This document shows positions 19,399 to 30,487 of a DNA stretch of 64,000 bases, one piece after another (within the stretch, counting starts at the first letter, position 1; every line of letters starts with the position of its first letter). Source of the stretch: Thiotrichales bacterium (GTDB lineage: Bacteria; Pseudomonadota; Gammaproteobacteria; Francisellales; CACEW01); assembly GCA_947478175.1 (NCBI GenBank), contig CANJUQ010000001.1, forward strand, positions 129,883 to 193,882. Direction: 5' to 3'. The notes below the pieces were generated by a model that saw nothing but the letters and a program-made list of their open reading frames with translations, did no database searches and was not told where the DNA came from. The position numbers were made by a program, and so were the translations under genes.

Positions 19399-20719
19399 AG
19401 ATCCCAGTCAAAAATCTATTAAAAGCTCTGAACAAAACTGTTTTGTTTATATCGTCTTGCCGGGAAAAACTGAATTTGTCACTGCGGCGCGCTTTCAAAT
19501 TTCTAAAACTCGAATTGGTGACAGCATTGGAAAATTGATTTACGGAAAAAATTATCTTTCTAATCCCAATGCCGTCGAACTAGATCCTGTTGAATTAAAG
19601 CTTCAAGCAGATTCTTACGAAACAGTTCGGATGCAGGGTTTCTTTGGGGCGATACGAGATGCCATGCCAGATTTTTGGGGGCGGCAACTGATCCAAAAAA
19701 ATTTAGGCCTCACACCCCTCGATGATTTTGGTTATCTCATGCATGGACCTGATGACCGAGCAGGCGCACTGGGATTTGGTCTCAATGTCACACCGCCCGC
19801 TCCCCGAAAATTATTTAATCGAACGCTTAATTTAGAGTCTTTACAAATTTTGGCAGAACTGATTATCCAAGGACCCTCTCCAGAGATTCAAAACCTGCCC
19901 CCCCCCATTAACCCTATAGATTTTCAACAAATTCAGAATTTACTTTTAGAAGGAACTTCAATGGGAGGTGCCCGACCTAAAGCCGTCATTGAAGATAAAA
20001 AAATCTTATGGATTGCTAAATTGAGCAGCCCTCAAGACCGCTGGAATCAACCACTAATTGAACATGCTCTCTTGAAGCTTGCTAAAAAATGTGGGCTCAC
20101 CGTTGCAGAAAGCAAAATAATTCAAGTAGCCCAAAAGGATGTCCTATTAGTCCGCCGATTTGATCGAGAGTTCAGTCAAGAGGCTTTGGGATATCACCGC
20201 CATCGAATGGTCAGTGCTTTAACCCTGCTGAAATCTGACGACAGCGCTAGCTCAAGAGAAAACTGGTCTTACCTCGCTCTGGCCGATGAGATTCGCAGAA
20301 TCAGCGCAAAACCAGTTGACGATCTAAAAGAATTATTTCAACGAATGTGTTTTAACGCTTTAGTCTCCAATCTTGATGATCATCCACGTAATCATGCTGT
20401 CTTAGCTAAAAATTCTACGTGGCGATTAAGCCCTGCCTACGATCTCACGCCTTCACCTGTCATTGCTCAAGATAAGCGCTTCTTAGCCATGACTTGTGGT
20501 GACGCTGGGCGGGTTGCTCAAGAAGAAAATTTATTATCCGCCTGTGGCCGTTTTATGCTGTCTTCTGAAGAAGCCAAAGACTTATTAATTAGCCTGGTTA
20601 AAACTATTCAAGGCGAATGGGAATCCTGTTTACATCGCGTCGGCGCTAGCCAAAAAGATATCTCTGTTATTCAAACAGCTTTTCTGTATGCAGGATTTTT
20701 TAATCAAGATCCTCAATAA
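19388..20719 (+). CDS. hipA: HipA-family serine/threonine kinase toxin
   Basis: Motifs SMGGARPKAVIE and LDDHPRNHAVL (catalytic loop), followed by LSPAYDLTP. I prefer the ATG at 19388 (MISKDPS), which overlaps the hipB end. Confidence 0.85.
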   Translation: MISKDPSQKSIKSSEQNCFVYIVLPGKTEFVTAARFQISKTRIGDSIGKLIYGKNYLSNPNAVELDPVELKLQADSYETVRMQGFFGAIRDAMPDFWGRQLIQKNLGLTPLDDFGYLMHGPDDRAGALGFGLNVTPPAPRKLFNRTLNLESLQILAELIIQGPSPEIQNLPPPINPIDFQQIQNLLLEGTSMGGARPKAVIEDKKILWIAKLSSPQDRWNQPLIEHALLKLAKKCGLTVAESKIIQVAQKDVLLVRRFDREFSQEALGYHRHRMVSALTLLKSDDSASSRENWSYLALADEIRRISAKPVDDLKELFQRMCFNALVSNLDDHPRNHAVLAKNSTWRLSPAYDLTPSPVIAQDKRFLAMTCGDAGRVAQEENLLSACGRFMLSSEEAKDLLISLVKTIQGEWESCLHRVGASQKDISVIQTAFLYAGFFNQDPQ

Positions 20720-20740
20720 GCTTTGCACCCATCAGAAACT

Positions 20741-20755
20741 AATCCTGCTAAAAAA
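20741..20755. repeat. 15-bp direct repeat AATCCTGCTAAAAAA, right copy
   Basis: Identical to 18759-18773. Confidence 0.6.
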
Positions 20756-20911
20756 TAAAAAAAAATTGTGAATAAACACAATCAAACTTTTATCTGGATG
20801 TTTGAAATTTAAATGTCTGAAATAAGTTTGAATCGTAACTATTAGATCACTGGGAAAACAATGCCGTTATTCACTTTTGAAAGAGTCTTGATGATTTTTT
20901 CCGATGAGCAT

Positions 20912-22354
20912 CTAGGGGATATTGGGATCCCTGGCTGAATTCGTTGATACCACTGCGTTTCCATTCTGAAAATCACGCAACATGCTATTTAAAAGCGTCG
21001 TGCTAGTAGTCCATTCAGAAAGATGCAGTGCGTGACGATGCTTTGCGCATTCTCGTTTGTATTCTGACAAAACTGTATCCACATTAGCCGTTAGGTCCGT
21101 TAATCTTTCACAAATCTTCAATAAGGCTTTCTGCTTTGAATTAAAGTCATTGCCTTTATCGCCTCCCGCCTCTCTAAAATGTTCGAGAAGAAACAAACCT
21201 AGTTTAATTCGTGCTTGGAAGGCCATTGTACCCGTGACAACAGGGATCGTTCCCCGATTTGTATCAATCAGAGCCTTTGCACCAATAAAATAATTATAAA
21301 GAATCACAAACTCCTGCTTATTTTTAGCTTTTTTAAAATCAGAACTTGTAATTTTGGGCGTATTCACAATGAGCACTGATTCTGGATGCTTTCTTAAAAG
21401 CTCTCTCAAATCTCGCTCTCTAATTTCAACCGCTGATTCAGTGAACTGAGTATTTGGAAAAGCCCTAGCAATGGCTTTATTTCGGATAGATTTCTTCCAT
21501 CCATATTCTAAATGCGTCTGTTCATAAGCCTGCTGGTTAATATCTGATTTGTCTTTTCGATAACGCTCCCATGCATCCAAAAGCGCTTCAGAATTAGGAT
21601 CTTTAAAAACAAGCATCAACTGTTGTGCTGAAGGTGTCCCGTCAGAATACAAAGTGTTCTGTAAGACTCCGCCGTCTTGATAGGCAGTTTTACCAATAAC
21701 ATACGGCTTCAGAACCAATGGCAGCGATGCAGACGCCCGACAAGCTTCGACCAAATTAACATTTAGGGTGTCCTTGTTGGCTTCATTAAAAACTTGCGTC
21801 TTCAAATCATCATTAGAATCAGAATCAGCAAAGACTGCATTGGTTGAAAATAATTTAAAATTATCAGGAAACGCTTCTTGTAACTGATTCAAATCTTGAA
21901 AAGTAAATTTCAATGGGGCATCACTAACCCGATGTCTGTTTTGTTCAAGAATTTGCTCTAAGAGATGCAGTCCCTCTGTTTCTTTTTCAGTCAATCGGCC
22001 AGCAGCCCTCTCTTTTATTTTTTTCTCAGTATTGAAAAGTTGGTCATATATCGCCTTGCTGAGCATTCTGACAATAGGCCGCCCACTGTTGTTAAAAATC
22101 TTAGGATCGTCATCTAATAATTTTTTAAAATCTTCTTTTTCAATCAAATCCGTGATGGCTTGTGGAGACATTCCAACCGCACAAAGCACACCAATCAGTG
22201 ATCCGACTGAGGTGCCATTAACACGACGAATACCCGCCAAGAGACCAAAATCAGCCAGCGCACGTAGTATGCCAATATGGCCCGGCCCTTTAGGACCACC
22301 ACCACTCAAAGAAACATCAGTAATTGTTCCTGAGTTAGTTATCACACCGGCCAT
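20912..22354 (-). CDS. Patatin-like phospholipase; effector candidate
   Basis: Oxyanion motif SGGGPKGPGHIG, lipase serine GTSVGS, and an Asp dyad motif QDGGV. I did not recognise the ~250-aa C-terminal extension. ATG at 22354 (a GTG alternative at 22366). Confidence 0.8.
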   Translation of the reverse strand: MAGVITNSGTITDVSLSGGGPKGPGHIGILRALADFGLLAGIRRVNGTSVGSLIGVLCAVGMSPQAITDLIEKEDFKKLLDDDPKIFNNSGRPIVRMLSKAIYDQLFNTEKKIKERAAGRLTEKETEGLHLLEQILEQNRHRVSDAPLKFTFQDLNQLQEAFPDNFKLFSTNAVFADSDSNDDLKTQVFNEANKDTLNVNLVEACRASASLPLVLKPYVIGKTAYQDGGVLQNTLYSDGTPSAQQLMLVFKDPNSEALLDAWERYRKDKSDINQQAYEQTHLEYGWKKSIRNKAIARAFPNTQFTESAVEIRERDLRELLRKHPESVLIVNTPKITSSDFKKAKNKQEFVILYNYFIGAKALIDTNRGTIPVVTGTMAFQARIKLGLFLLEHFREAGGDKGNDFNSKQKALLKICERLTDLTANVDTVLSEYKRECAKHRHALHLSEWTTSTTLLNSMLRDFQNGNAVVSTNSARDPNIP

Positions 22355-22389
22355 TAATGTTCTCACTATTTAAAAATTCTATGTCTCAA

Positions 22390-22429
22390 GATAATAGGCT
22401 GAGATTAAACGAGCATTAAATCCATATTA
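22390..22429 (-). promoter_or_regulatory. Candidate PmrA-type box: three TTAAT repeats at 11-bp phasing plus a -10-like TATTATCTT
   Basis: The minus strand reads TTAATatggatTTAATgctcgtTTAATctcagccTATTATCTT, directly upstream of the patatin gene. Confidence 0.4.
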
Positions 22430-22550
22430 AAAAATCATAAAAAATCATGTTTTTTATATCCCTCTTCACCCCTCCCGCTTCTTAGGAACTTCTGGGTATA
22501 ATCGCGCCCTTTTTTAATCTCTTTAAAACTTTAAGCGACGGAATAAACCC

Positions 22551-23432
22551 ATGACCTTCCAAGATTTAATTTTTTCCCTTCAAAAATACTGGGCCGATCA
22601 AGGCTGTTTAATTATCCAGCCCTATGACATGGAAATGGGCGCAGGCACTTTTCACCCTGCGACCTTTTTAAGAGCCATTGGTCCAGAACCCTGGAATGCC
22701 GCCTATGTTCAGCCCACTCGTAGACCCAAAGACGGTCGTTATGGCGAAAACCCCAATCGGGGGCAGCATTATTATCAATTCCAAGTTGCACTCAAGCCTT
22801 CCCCTGCGAATATTCAAGAGCTGTATTTAGGGTCTCTAGAAAAATTGGGATTTAACCTGAAAGAACATGATATTCGCTTCGTCGAAGACAACTGGGAATC
22901 GCCGACTTTAGGTGCCTGGGGATTAGGCTGGGAAGTGTGGCTCAACGGCATGGAAGTCACGCAATTTACTTATTTTCAGCAAGTCGGTGGCTTAGATTGC
23001 AAACCTGTTTTAGGCGAGATTACTTATGGCTTAGAGCGCTTAGCCATGTATCTCCAAGGGGTGGATTCCATGTTTGATTTGGTCTGGGCCAAGACGCTCA
23101 CTGGGACGGTCACTTATGGCGATGTGTTTCACCAGAACGAAGTCGAGATGTCGAAATATAATTTTGAACAAGCGCCCATTAATAAATTATTCGAGCTTTT
23201 TGATTTCTATGAATCTGAATCTCAAAGACTGATGGGATTAAATCTTCCCCTGCCCTCTTATGAAATGATGCTCAAAACTTCGCATACTTTTAATTTATTA
23301 GACGCTCGCGGGGCTATCTCAGTGACTGAACGCCAAAGATTTATTTTGCGAATTCGGAGTTTATCAAGGGCCATTGCTGAGGCTTATTATCAAACCAGAG
23401 AAGCACTTGGGTTTCCGATGTTGAAAAAATAA
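22551..23432 (+). CDS. glyQ: Glycine--tRNA ligase alpha subunit
   Basis: [32 protein letters not shown] is highly conserved in GlyQ. Confidence 0.95.
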   Translation: MTFQDLIFSLQKYWADQGCLIIQPYDMEMGAGTFHPATFLRAIGPEPWNAAYVQPTRRPKDGRYGENPNRGQHYYQFQVALKPSPANIQELYLGSLEKLGFNLKEHDIRFVEDNWESPTLGAWGLGWEVWLNGMEVTQFTYFQQVGGLDCKPVLGEITYGLERLAMYLQGVDSMFDLVWAKTLTGTVTYGDVFHQNEVEMSKYNFEQAPINKLFELFDFYESESQRLMGLNLPLPSYEMMLKTSHTFNLLDARGAISVTERQRFILRIRSLSRAIAEAYYQTREALGFPMLKK

Positions 23433-23727
23433 AAAAATACTTTTTTCCAGCAAAATAAGGTGCTACAAAGCCCATCTTTTTTAACCCAACCGATAATTAA
23501 TTGAGGAGTTGTTGCAATTCCACACAATGCGATTATTTCACCGCCGCCCCCCAAGGACCCGCTCAGCCACTACTGGCGATAGCTTTACAACCGAGAGCAG
23601 TGACCACCGCCGCTCCTCAAACTCAAAATAACATTGAAGATCATATCAGTGTGGCCTCCTCGAGCTCAGCGAGCTAAAGCAATCTGACGAGACGCTCCAT
23701 TTTTTGAGGCCTTTTCTGAAAATGGCG

Positions 23728-23749
23728 GGGCGAATACAAAATTCACTCC
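23728..23749. repeat. Degenerate copy of the GGGCGAATACAAGATTCGCCCCTAC hairpin family
   Basis: GGGCGAATACAAAATTCACTCC lies just 3' of the ATPase gene stop (23757). Confidence 0.4.
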
Positions 23750-23756
23750 ATAGCCA

Positions 23757-24893
23757 TTATTTCAACACGTAATATTTCACTACTGGGTTAATAATTTCAC
23801 ACTGATTATCCTCACCTCTCTCAATAACATCTTTTTCTTCCAGACCCTCTAGCCCAGCCAAAATAGAAGAGCTTTGCATTTCAAGCGCCATGACGGACTG
23901 TTTACTGGTCAGCTGATCTTCACCTTTCGCGATTTGCAATAAGACTCCCTTTTGGCCCAGCGATAGCAAAGATATTTCTCGAATCGCATCGCTTTTTTCT
24001 TCCTGCACGATGGCCAGCCATTCCGTACGAATATTGTCTAATTGGGGAGGGGTTTTTAAATAATAAGTAAAAATTCGATCACTCAATTTATTGACGTAAT
24101 AAGGATGACGCTCAGTCAGAACCAAAATTTCATCGATCAGCTCATTACTTAAAACTTTTTTCCAGGCCAATCTAGCTGCCGCTTGAATATGCTTTTGATA
24201 ATGTTCTTTTGAGATTCTTTTTAAATCTATTTTCCAACAAAGTTTATACAACGGCCGAGTCTCATCTTCGAACATCGTTTTTAATAATCGTCGATGGCTG
24301 CCTGAAAATATAAAAGTGAGATATTTAGTCTTTTGAGCGACATGTCTAATGGCCCCTTCAATGCCTTTTCCTTCAGCGATTAAACCGACTGTTTGAAATT
24401 CATCGAATAATAAAACTGCCTGTTTTTTATTTTCTTCTAATAATTTTTCTAAGAGCCATAACGCTTCTTTAATATTGGTTGCAGGATCCGTCTCTGGAGA
24501 ACTGGGTGTGAGTTCTAGTTTTAACACAGGAGTCCCAATATCTAATTTAGGTTTTAAGCCTTTGACATATTTTTTAATAGAAACAATTAATTTATCGACA
24601 GGCCCTAACGCTTCACCAATTAAATCTACGACCGCTTTTAAAATATAAACTTCAATGATTTTTTCATTTCGAGCCATATAAAAATCAGTTTCTATATAAG
24701 GCAATTTGCTAAGTTTTAAAGCATGCAGCGCAAGACTGGATTTCCCATATCTCCGAGTCGCCATCAGCAAAGTATGTTTGCCGTTTTTAATATTTTCGAC
24801 CAAAAGCTGCGTCTCTTCTTGGCGATTACAAAAAGCCGATCCAACGGCAAGCCCCAGGGGGAAATAATCTCTCACACGAGCCAGTTCTTTCAT
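23757..24893 (-). CDS. Stand-alone AAA+ ATPase (archaeal-ATPase/ATPase_2-like) with a C-terminal wHTH-like region
   Basis: Walker A ATRRYGKSSL and Walker B VLLFDEFQ. The 378-aa architecture is typical of this family. Confidence 0.75.
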   Translation of the reverse strand: MKELARVRDYFPLGLAVGSAFCNRQEETQLLVENIKNGKHTLLMATRRYGKSSLALHALKLSKLPYIETDFYMARNEKIIEVYILKAVVDLIGEALGPVDKLIVSIKKYVKGLKPKLDIGTPVLKLELTPSSPETDPATNIKEALWLLEKLLEENKKQAVLLFDEFQTVGLIAEGKGIEGAIRHVAQKTKYLTFIFSGSHRRLLKTMFEDETRPLYKLCWKIDLKRISKEHYQKHIQAAARLAWKKVLSNELIDEILVLTERHPYYVNKLSDRIFTYYLKTPPQLDNIRTEWLAIVQEEKSDAIREISLLSLGQKGVLLQIAKGEDQLTSKQSVMALEMQSSSILAGLEGLEEKDVIERGEDNQCEIINPVVKYYVLK

Positions 24894-25024
24894 ATCAGTC
24901 TTCTCCGTATCATAAAGTTATGATACGTAAGTTTACGCTATTTTTAACTCAGTTAGAACCGATATTTTATATGTTCTGACCTTGGGGGAATTTGAATAAA
25001 ATTCGCCCAAAGCCATCCTCATTA

Positions 25025-28000
25025 TTAGACAGACCCGGAAGATTCCACCGGCCCGACGCCAAAATAATGCGCTTCTGGATGCCCAAAATATAAACCACTG
25101 ACCGACGACCCCGGAATCATGCAAAGGCTTTCTGACAAGGTCATGCCCGCATTTTTCTCAGCGTCTAATAACTTAAATAAAGTAATTTTTTCTTCATGAT
25201 TCGGACAGGCGGGATACCCATGAGCTGGTCTGATTCCCTGGTATTTATTTTTGATTAATTCTTGGTTAGAAAAATTTTCTTCCGGCGCATAACCCCAAAA
25301 TTCTTTTCTAACTCGCTCATGTAATTTTTCTGCAAAAGCTTCTGCCAATCTATCCGCCAAAGATTTTAATAAGATCGCCGAGTAGTCATCTAAGTTCTCT
25401 TCAAAAATCCTGACTTGTTTATCTAAATTAATCCCTGTCGTCACGGCAAACGCACCCAAATAATCTTTGATTCCAGACTCTTTCGGAGCAATAAAATCAG
25501 ATAGACATAAATATTTTTGCCCCTCTGGTTTTTTAATTTGCTGTCTTAAATTATGAAATCTCGCAATGATTTTTTGCCTAGATTCATCTTCATAGATTTC
25601 AATATCATCATGATCGACCGAGTTGGCTGGAAATAATCCCATCACCCCCTGCGCAATGAACCATTTATTTTTTATTATTTGATCCAACATATTTTTGGCA
25701 TCTTGAAATAACTTTCTGGCTTCTTCTCCCAGAAAATTATCTTCAAGAATTTTGGGATATGACCCCTTCAGCTCCCAACCATGAAAAAACGGCGTCCAAT
25801 CAATTCTTTCAATTAATTCTTTTAGGTCATAATTTTTTAAAATAATTAAACCCAACTTCTGGGGTTTAACGGGACTATATTTTTTAAAATCTGCGAGATA
25901 TTTATTTTCTTGTGCGAATTTTAAATTCACAAAAGTCAGCTGTTTCCCCTGATGTAAAACTCTTAATCTTTCATACTCAGATTTAATCTCTTTCATAAAT
26001 TCAGAACGTCGTTCCGTCGACAATAAATTCGACACAGTCCCCACAGCCCTTGAAGCATCGAGGACGTAGACTACCGGGCCTCTTTGATACATGGATTCTA
26101 TTTTGACGGCTGTGTGCATTTTTGACGTCGTCGCTCCGCCAATTAAAACAGGCATGGAGAAACCCTGACGCTCCATCTCTTGGGCAATATGAACCATCTC
26201 GTCTAACGACGGCGTGATTAATCCAGACAAGCCAATCAAATCGGCTTTTTCTGAAATAGCCCTGTCTAAAATTTTTTGAGCAGGGACCATGACACCCAGG
26301 TCTATTACTTCATAGCCATTACATTGCAAGACCACGCCGACAATGTTTTTGCCGATATCATGCACATCGCCTTTGACCGTTGCTAAGACAATTTTTCCTT
26401 TGGCTGAGCTGCAATTGGCTTTGCATTTTTCTAAGAACGGCAATAAGTACGCGACCGATTTTTTCATCACCCGAGCGCTTTTAACGACTTGAGGTAAAAA
26501 CATCCGGCCCGAGCCAAATAAATCTCCGACGATATTCATGCCGGCCATCAAAGGCCCTTCAATGACTTTGATTGGCTCACCGAGTTCTAATCTGGCTTCT
26601 TCCGTATCTTGATCAATAAAATCTGTAATGCCCTTAACTAAAGCATGCGCCAAACGCTGCCAAACTGGCTCTGAACGCCAAGCCAAATCTTCTTTTTTAT
26701 TCCCACCTAACGTCTGGCTTGGATCTTGATTTAAATCTTGTCGATAGCTCTCAGCAATTTCTAATAGTTTATCCGTCGCTGTCTGAGTCCTATTGAATAA
26801 AACATCTTCAATCGCCAATTTTAAATTCTCGGGAATTTCTTCATACAGACCCAATTGCCCCGCATTCACAATGCCCATATCCATGCCGGCTTGTCTGGCG
26901 TGATAAAGAAACACAGAGTGCATGGCTTCACGGACTTTTTCATTGCCTCTAAAAGAAAACGAAAAATTCGAAACACCCCCAGAAATCATGGCTCGAGGGC
27001 AGCGTCTTTTAATTTCAGAAATAGCCTCCAAAAAATCCAATCCATAACGATTATGTTCTGGGATTCCCGTTGCTACGGCGAAAATATTGGGATCGAAAAT
27101 AATATCTTCCGGCGGAAAATTTAATCTTTGAGTTAATAAACCATAAGCCCGGGCACAGATTTCTATTTTTCTTTTAGCTGTATCCGCCTGACCTTGTTCG
27201 TCAAATGCCATGACGATCACAGCGGCACCAAATTTTAAAACTGTTCTGGCCTGATTTAAAAAACTTTCTTCGCCTTCTTTTAGGCTAATCGAATTCACAA
27301 TGCCTTTGCCCTGTAAAATTTTTAAACCCGCTTCTAAGACTTCCCATTTAGACGAATCAATCATGATTGGAATTTTCGAAATATCAGGTTCAGAAGCAAT
27401 CAACTGCAAAAAATGAACCATTTCTGCTTTCGAATCCAACATCCCTTCATCCATGTTGATATCGATAATTTGCGCGCCATTTTCTACTTGCTCTCGGGCA
27501 ATTAATAACGCCGCTTCTTCCTGATGTTCTTTAATTAACTTGGCAAACTTCTTAGACCCCGTGACGTTGGTCCGTTCGCCAATATTAATAAAATTAGTCT
27601 CAGGTCGAATCACTAAAGGCTCTAGGCCCGATAGACGACAATAAGAATTAATTTCTGGAATTTTTCTAGGAGGGCTATTTTTAACTTTCTCAGCAATCGC
27701 TTGGATATGTGCTGGCGTAGTGCCACAACAGCCGCCAAGAGCATTGATAAAACCCGATTCTGCAAACTCTCCGACAATCTCAGCCATCTCTTGAGCTGAC
27801 TGATCATACTGACCAAATGCATTGGGCAATCCAGCATTGGGGTAAGCCAATACATGGGTATCAGCCAAATTAGATAATTCTTGAATATACGGCCTGAGTT
27901 CTTTCGCGCCTAAGGCACAGTTCAAGCCAATACAGATGGGCTTAATATGTTTGACAGAATACCAAAAAGCTTCGAGGGTCTGACCTGACAACGTCCTGCC

Positions 28001-28678
28001 AGAGGCATCCGTAATAGTCCCCGAAATCATGACAGGCCATGTTTTATTTCTAGCTTCAAAAATCTGACTAATGGCTAATAAAGCCGCTTTGGCATTCAAA
28101 GTATCAAAGATAGTCTCGACTAATAAGATATCTGCCCCACCGTCTAACAAGCCATTCACAGACGTCGTATAAGCATTTACTAATTCATCAAAACTAATAT
28201 TTCTAAAACCGGGTCTATTAACATCAGGAGACAAAGACGCAGTTCTATTAGTCGGCCCAATCGCCCCTAAAACAAAACGGGGTTTATCCGGCGTTGAATA
28301 GTCCTCACAGGCTTTTTTAGCCAGCTTGGCCGCTTCGAAATTAAGCTCATAAACCAGATCTGACATCTGGTAATCAGCCATTGAAATGGCATTAGAATTA
28401 AACGTGTTAGATTCAATAAAATCCGCCCCAGCGTTTAAATAAGCCCGATGGATTTCAGCAATAATCTGAGGCTGCGTTAGAACCAATAAATCATTGTTTC
28501 CCTTCAGATCGCTAGAATAATTTTTAAACCGCTCGCCTCTAAAATCATGCTCACCCAAACAGTAGGACTGGATCATCGTCCCCATCCCACCGTCCAAAAT
28601 CAAAATACGTTCGTTAAATAATTTTCTGAGTGTTTTATCTAAATCAGTCTCTAAACTTTTTTCTAAACAGAGGGGCAT
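25025..28678 (-). CDS. metH: Cobalamin-dependent methionine synthase
   Basis: 1217 aa with all modules recognisable: Hcy-binding [10 protein letters not shown], pterin-binding, B12-binding [11 protein letters not shown], and the AdoMet domain [10 protein letters not shown]. The ORF ends soon after [18 protein letters not shown]. Confidence 0.95.
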   Translation of the reverse strand: MPLCLEKSLETDLDKTLRKLFNERILILDGGMGTMIQSYCLGEHDFRGERFKNYSSDLKGNNDLLVLTQPQIIAEIHRAYLNAGADFIESNTFNSNAISMADYQMSDLVYELNFEAAKLAKKACEDYSTPDKPRFVLGAIGPTNRTASLSPDVNRPGFRNISFDELVNAYTTSVNGLLDGGADILLVETIFDTLNAKAALLAISQIFEARNKTWPVMISGTITDASGRTLSGQTLEAFWYSVKHIKPICIGLNCALGAKELRPYIQELSNLADTHVLAYPNAGLPNAFGQYDQSAQEMAEIVGEFAESGFINALGGCCGTTPAHIQAIAEKVKNSPPRKIPEINSYCRLSGLEPLVIRPETNFINIGERTNVTGSKKFAKLIKEHQEEAALLIAREQVENGAQIIDINMDEGMLDSKAEMVHFLQLIASEPDISKIPIMIDSSKWEVLEAGLKILQGKGIVNSISLKEGEESFLNQARTVLKFGAAVIVMAFDEQGQADTAKRKIEICARAYGLLTQRLNFPPEDIIFDPNIFAVATGIPEHNRYGLDFLEAISEIKRRCPRAMISGGVSNFSFSFRGNEKVREAMHSVFLYHARQAGMDMGIVNAGQLGLYEEIPENLKLAIEDVLFNRTQTATDKLLEIAESYRQDLNQDPSQTLGGNKKEDLAWRSEPVWQRLAHALVKGITDFIDQDTEEARLELGEPIKVIEGPLMAGMNIVGDLFGSGRMFLPQVVKSARVMKKSVAYLLPFLEKCKANCSSAKGKIVLATVKGDVHDIGKNIVGVVLQCNGYEVIDLGVMVPAQKILDRAISEKADLIGLSGLITPSLDEMVHIAQEMERQGFSMPVLIGGATTSKMHTAVKIESMYQRGPVVYVLDASRAVGTVSNLLSTERRSEFMKEIKSEYERLRVLHQGKQLTFVNLKFAQENKYLADFKKYSPVKPQKLGLIILKNYDLKELIERIDWTPFFHGWELKGSYPKILEDNFLGEEARKLFQDAKNMLDQIIKNKWFIAQGVMGLFPANSVDHDDIEIYEDESRQKIIARFHNLRQQIKKPEGQKYLCLSDFIAPKESGIKDYLGAFAVTTGINLDKQVRIFEENLDDYSAILLKSLADRLAEAFAEKLHERVRKEFWGYAPEENFSNQELIKNKYQGIRPAHGYPACPNHEEKITLFKLLDAEKNAGMTLSESLCMIPGSSVSGLYFGHPEAHYFGVGPVESSGSV

Positions 28679-30150
28679 TCCATGTGATCCTGTTCGTGCG
28701 CTGAGTGCGATTGGCCAATCGCCTTTTTAACAAAAGGCGCAATTAGCCAAGAAATCCCAGTGAGAATCAAGGTAACCACGGTAATAACCACAAATGTTTT
28801 GAAATAAATATGACTGCTCTGAACATAAGTACTTTTTTCAGGCACAGAAGCTGTCTCAGCAAAGTAATCCGCGACAGCTGCTGACATGCCAACAAAAGTC
28901 TGCCACACACCCATCATGAGACCTTCTTGTCCCACAGGAACTAGTTTCCCCACCATGGCTTGACCAATTGGGCTGATCAATAATTCCCCAGTCGTTAAGA
29001 AAAAATAACCCAAGACTACCCACCAGAGAGAAACCTTTACATCAAAACCGGTCGCCACAATAGAAAACGCAAAGATGGCCATTCCAATGGCCATGGCCAA
29101 TAAAGACAAGGTAAATTTAGTGGGCAGAGACGGATCTTTTCGAGCACGGTGCAACTTGATCCAGAGCACACTGAACAGGCTACCCAACAGAATAATAAAA
29201 AATGGATCCAGGCCATAAAATACAGACGGTGGAATATCCAAGCCCCCTAGATTTCTATTCACATTGCTTTGAATAAACATGGTCAATAAAGACGGCTCGA
29301 GAATATATAACGCCCAGAAGCCCATCGATGTGACAGATAAAATTAAAAAAGCCAACAGTCTTAAACGATCCCGACGAGTGGGCTGGAAAAAAGCCATGAT
29401 CAACACGCCAATAATTTCTATGACCACCAAACCCAGTAATAAATTATTGGATAGCTGCGCATGGTTTAATAACCAGTCACAAATAGGCAGCATCATGGAC
29501 ATAATTAATACAATCCAAAAAGCCTTCCGCCATTCAGGGGATTTAGATAAAGCCGGAATAGGGTTCCCATTCACGCATTTGATTCGATGCAACATCCAAG
29601 GAAAGCTAAAAAATAACAGGGCCATGAATAAGCCGCCTGTTACAAAAGCTGCCCCGAAAGAAAAATACCGCTGAATATACCCACCTAAAAAAGCTGAGAG
29701 TAAAAATCCCATATTCGAAATTACATAGACCAGGGTATAACCGCTCTCTCGTCTAGCATCTTCACGGGTATAAATTTTGCCAACTAGGACTAAATACGTC
29801 GGCACATACATGCTGATTCCCGTTGCAAACAAAGACAGGCCCCAAGTCATAGAACGCATGGTGGGTATAGTTAAAACCAATGTCCCAGAGACACATAAAA
29901 AAGTCGCAAAAATCAAAGCTTTTTTATAACCAAATCGCCCGGCTGTAAAACCACCCACTAAAGGCAAAATAAATAACAAGGCGTTATAAGCCGAAAACAG
30001 TGCGTATTGAGCATGCGGATCAACATGCATCACCTGTTGTAAATAAAGAACCAAAAGAGAATTAATCACACCAAACGGGATACTCATGAGGGCTGAAACA
30101 ATAGCCAAATACCAGATAATGGGAGGGTGTTTATCAGCCACAGAACTCAT
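28663..30150 (-). CDS. MFS transporter, POT/PTR2-like (peptide permease-like)
   Basis: 495 aa with about 12-14 TM segments. [17 protein letters not shown] resembles the POT loop motif, but the canonical ExxERFxYY is absent. Its 3' end overlaps the metH start by 16 nt. Confidence 0.6.
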   Translation of the reverse strand: MSSVADKHPPIIWYLAIVSALMSIPFGVINSLLVLYLQQVMHVDPHAQYALFSAYNALLFILPLVGGFTAGRFGYKKALIFATFLCVSGTLVLTIPTMRSMTWGLSLFATGISMYVPTYLVLVGKIYTREDARRESGYTLVYVISNMGFLLSAFLGGYIQRYFSFGAAFVTGGLFMALLFFSFPWMLHRIKCVNGNPIPALSKSPEWRKAFWIVLIMSMMLPICDWLLNHAQLSNNLLLGLVVIEIIGVLIMAFFQPTRRDRLRLLAFLILSVTSMGFWALYILEPSLLTMFIQSNVNRNLGGLDIPPSVFYGLDPFFIILLGSLFSVLWIKLHRARKDPSLPTKFTLSLLAMAIGMAIFAFSIVATGFDVKVSLWWVVLGYFFLTTGELLISPIGQAMVGKLVPVGQEGLMMGVWQTFVGMSAAVADYFAETASVPEKSTYVQSSHIYFKTFVVITVVTLILTGISWLIAPFVKKAIGQSHSAHEQDHMECPSV

Positions 30151-30220
30151 GGATTAACTCACTTTTTTATTTTGGTTTTTATTTCAAGGCCGGCGATCGT
30201 AGCGGTTTATGGCAAAAGTG

Positions 30221-30487
30221 TCACTGGGAAAAATAGGGGCTCATACCCTCAAAAAGCTGTTGAATATCTTGACCACCCATCTGATCAAAGTCATCAGGAA
30301 TTTTTATTTGACCCTTCATAAAACCCAAGCGTTTCATTTCATTATCTTCTGGAGCTTCCAAAGGCATGACTTTTACAAGCGGCTTACCTGCTTTAGCAAT
30401 TAAAAAAGATTTATCGACATAGTATACAGAAGCATTTTCTTGTATTTTTTCAAAATCACTAGTACCTGTCGCAAATTTCAATGCCAT
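30221..30487 (-). CDS. Phd/YefM-type antitoxin with no adjacent toxin gene (orphan)
   Basis: 88 aa. GKPLVKVMPLE....GFMKGQIKIPDDFD...I..LFEG is the usual tail of VapB/Phd-type antitoxins. Only ~70 nt remain before the next gene. Confidence 0.6.
   Translation of the reverse strand: MALKFATGTSDFEKIQENASVYYVDKSFLIAKAGKPLVKVMPLEAPEDNEMKRLGFMKGQIKIPDDFDQMGGQDIQQLFEGMSPYFSQ

Noticed and set aside
23690-23756. Possible displaced metH 3' remnant (RKG..., MERLVRLL* in two frames) on the far side of the ATPase gene.
   Set aside because: The RKG codons lie inside the decayed copy of the GGGCGAATACAA hairpin repeat, and the spacing does not fit MetH. I treat it as coincidence.
24933-25124. A 63-aa ORF overlapping the metH 3' end, considered as a frameshifted continuation of MetH.
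   Set aside because: Only weak resemblance (RMALGEF..SP) to the expected ..RKGMS..E.ERWL.P.L tail. A recent frameshift should retain clear similarity.
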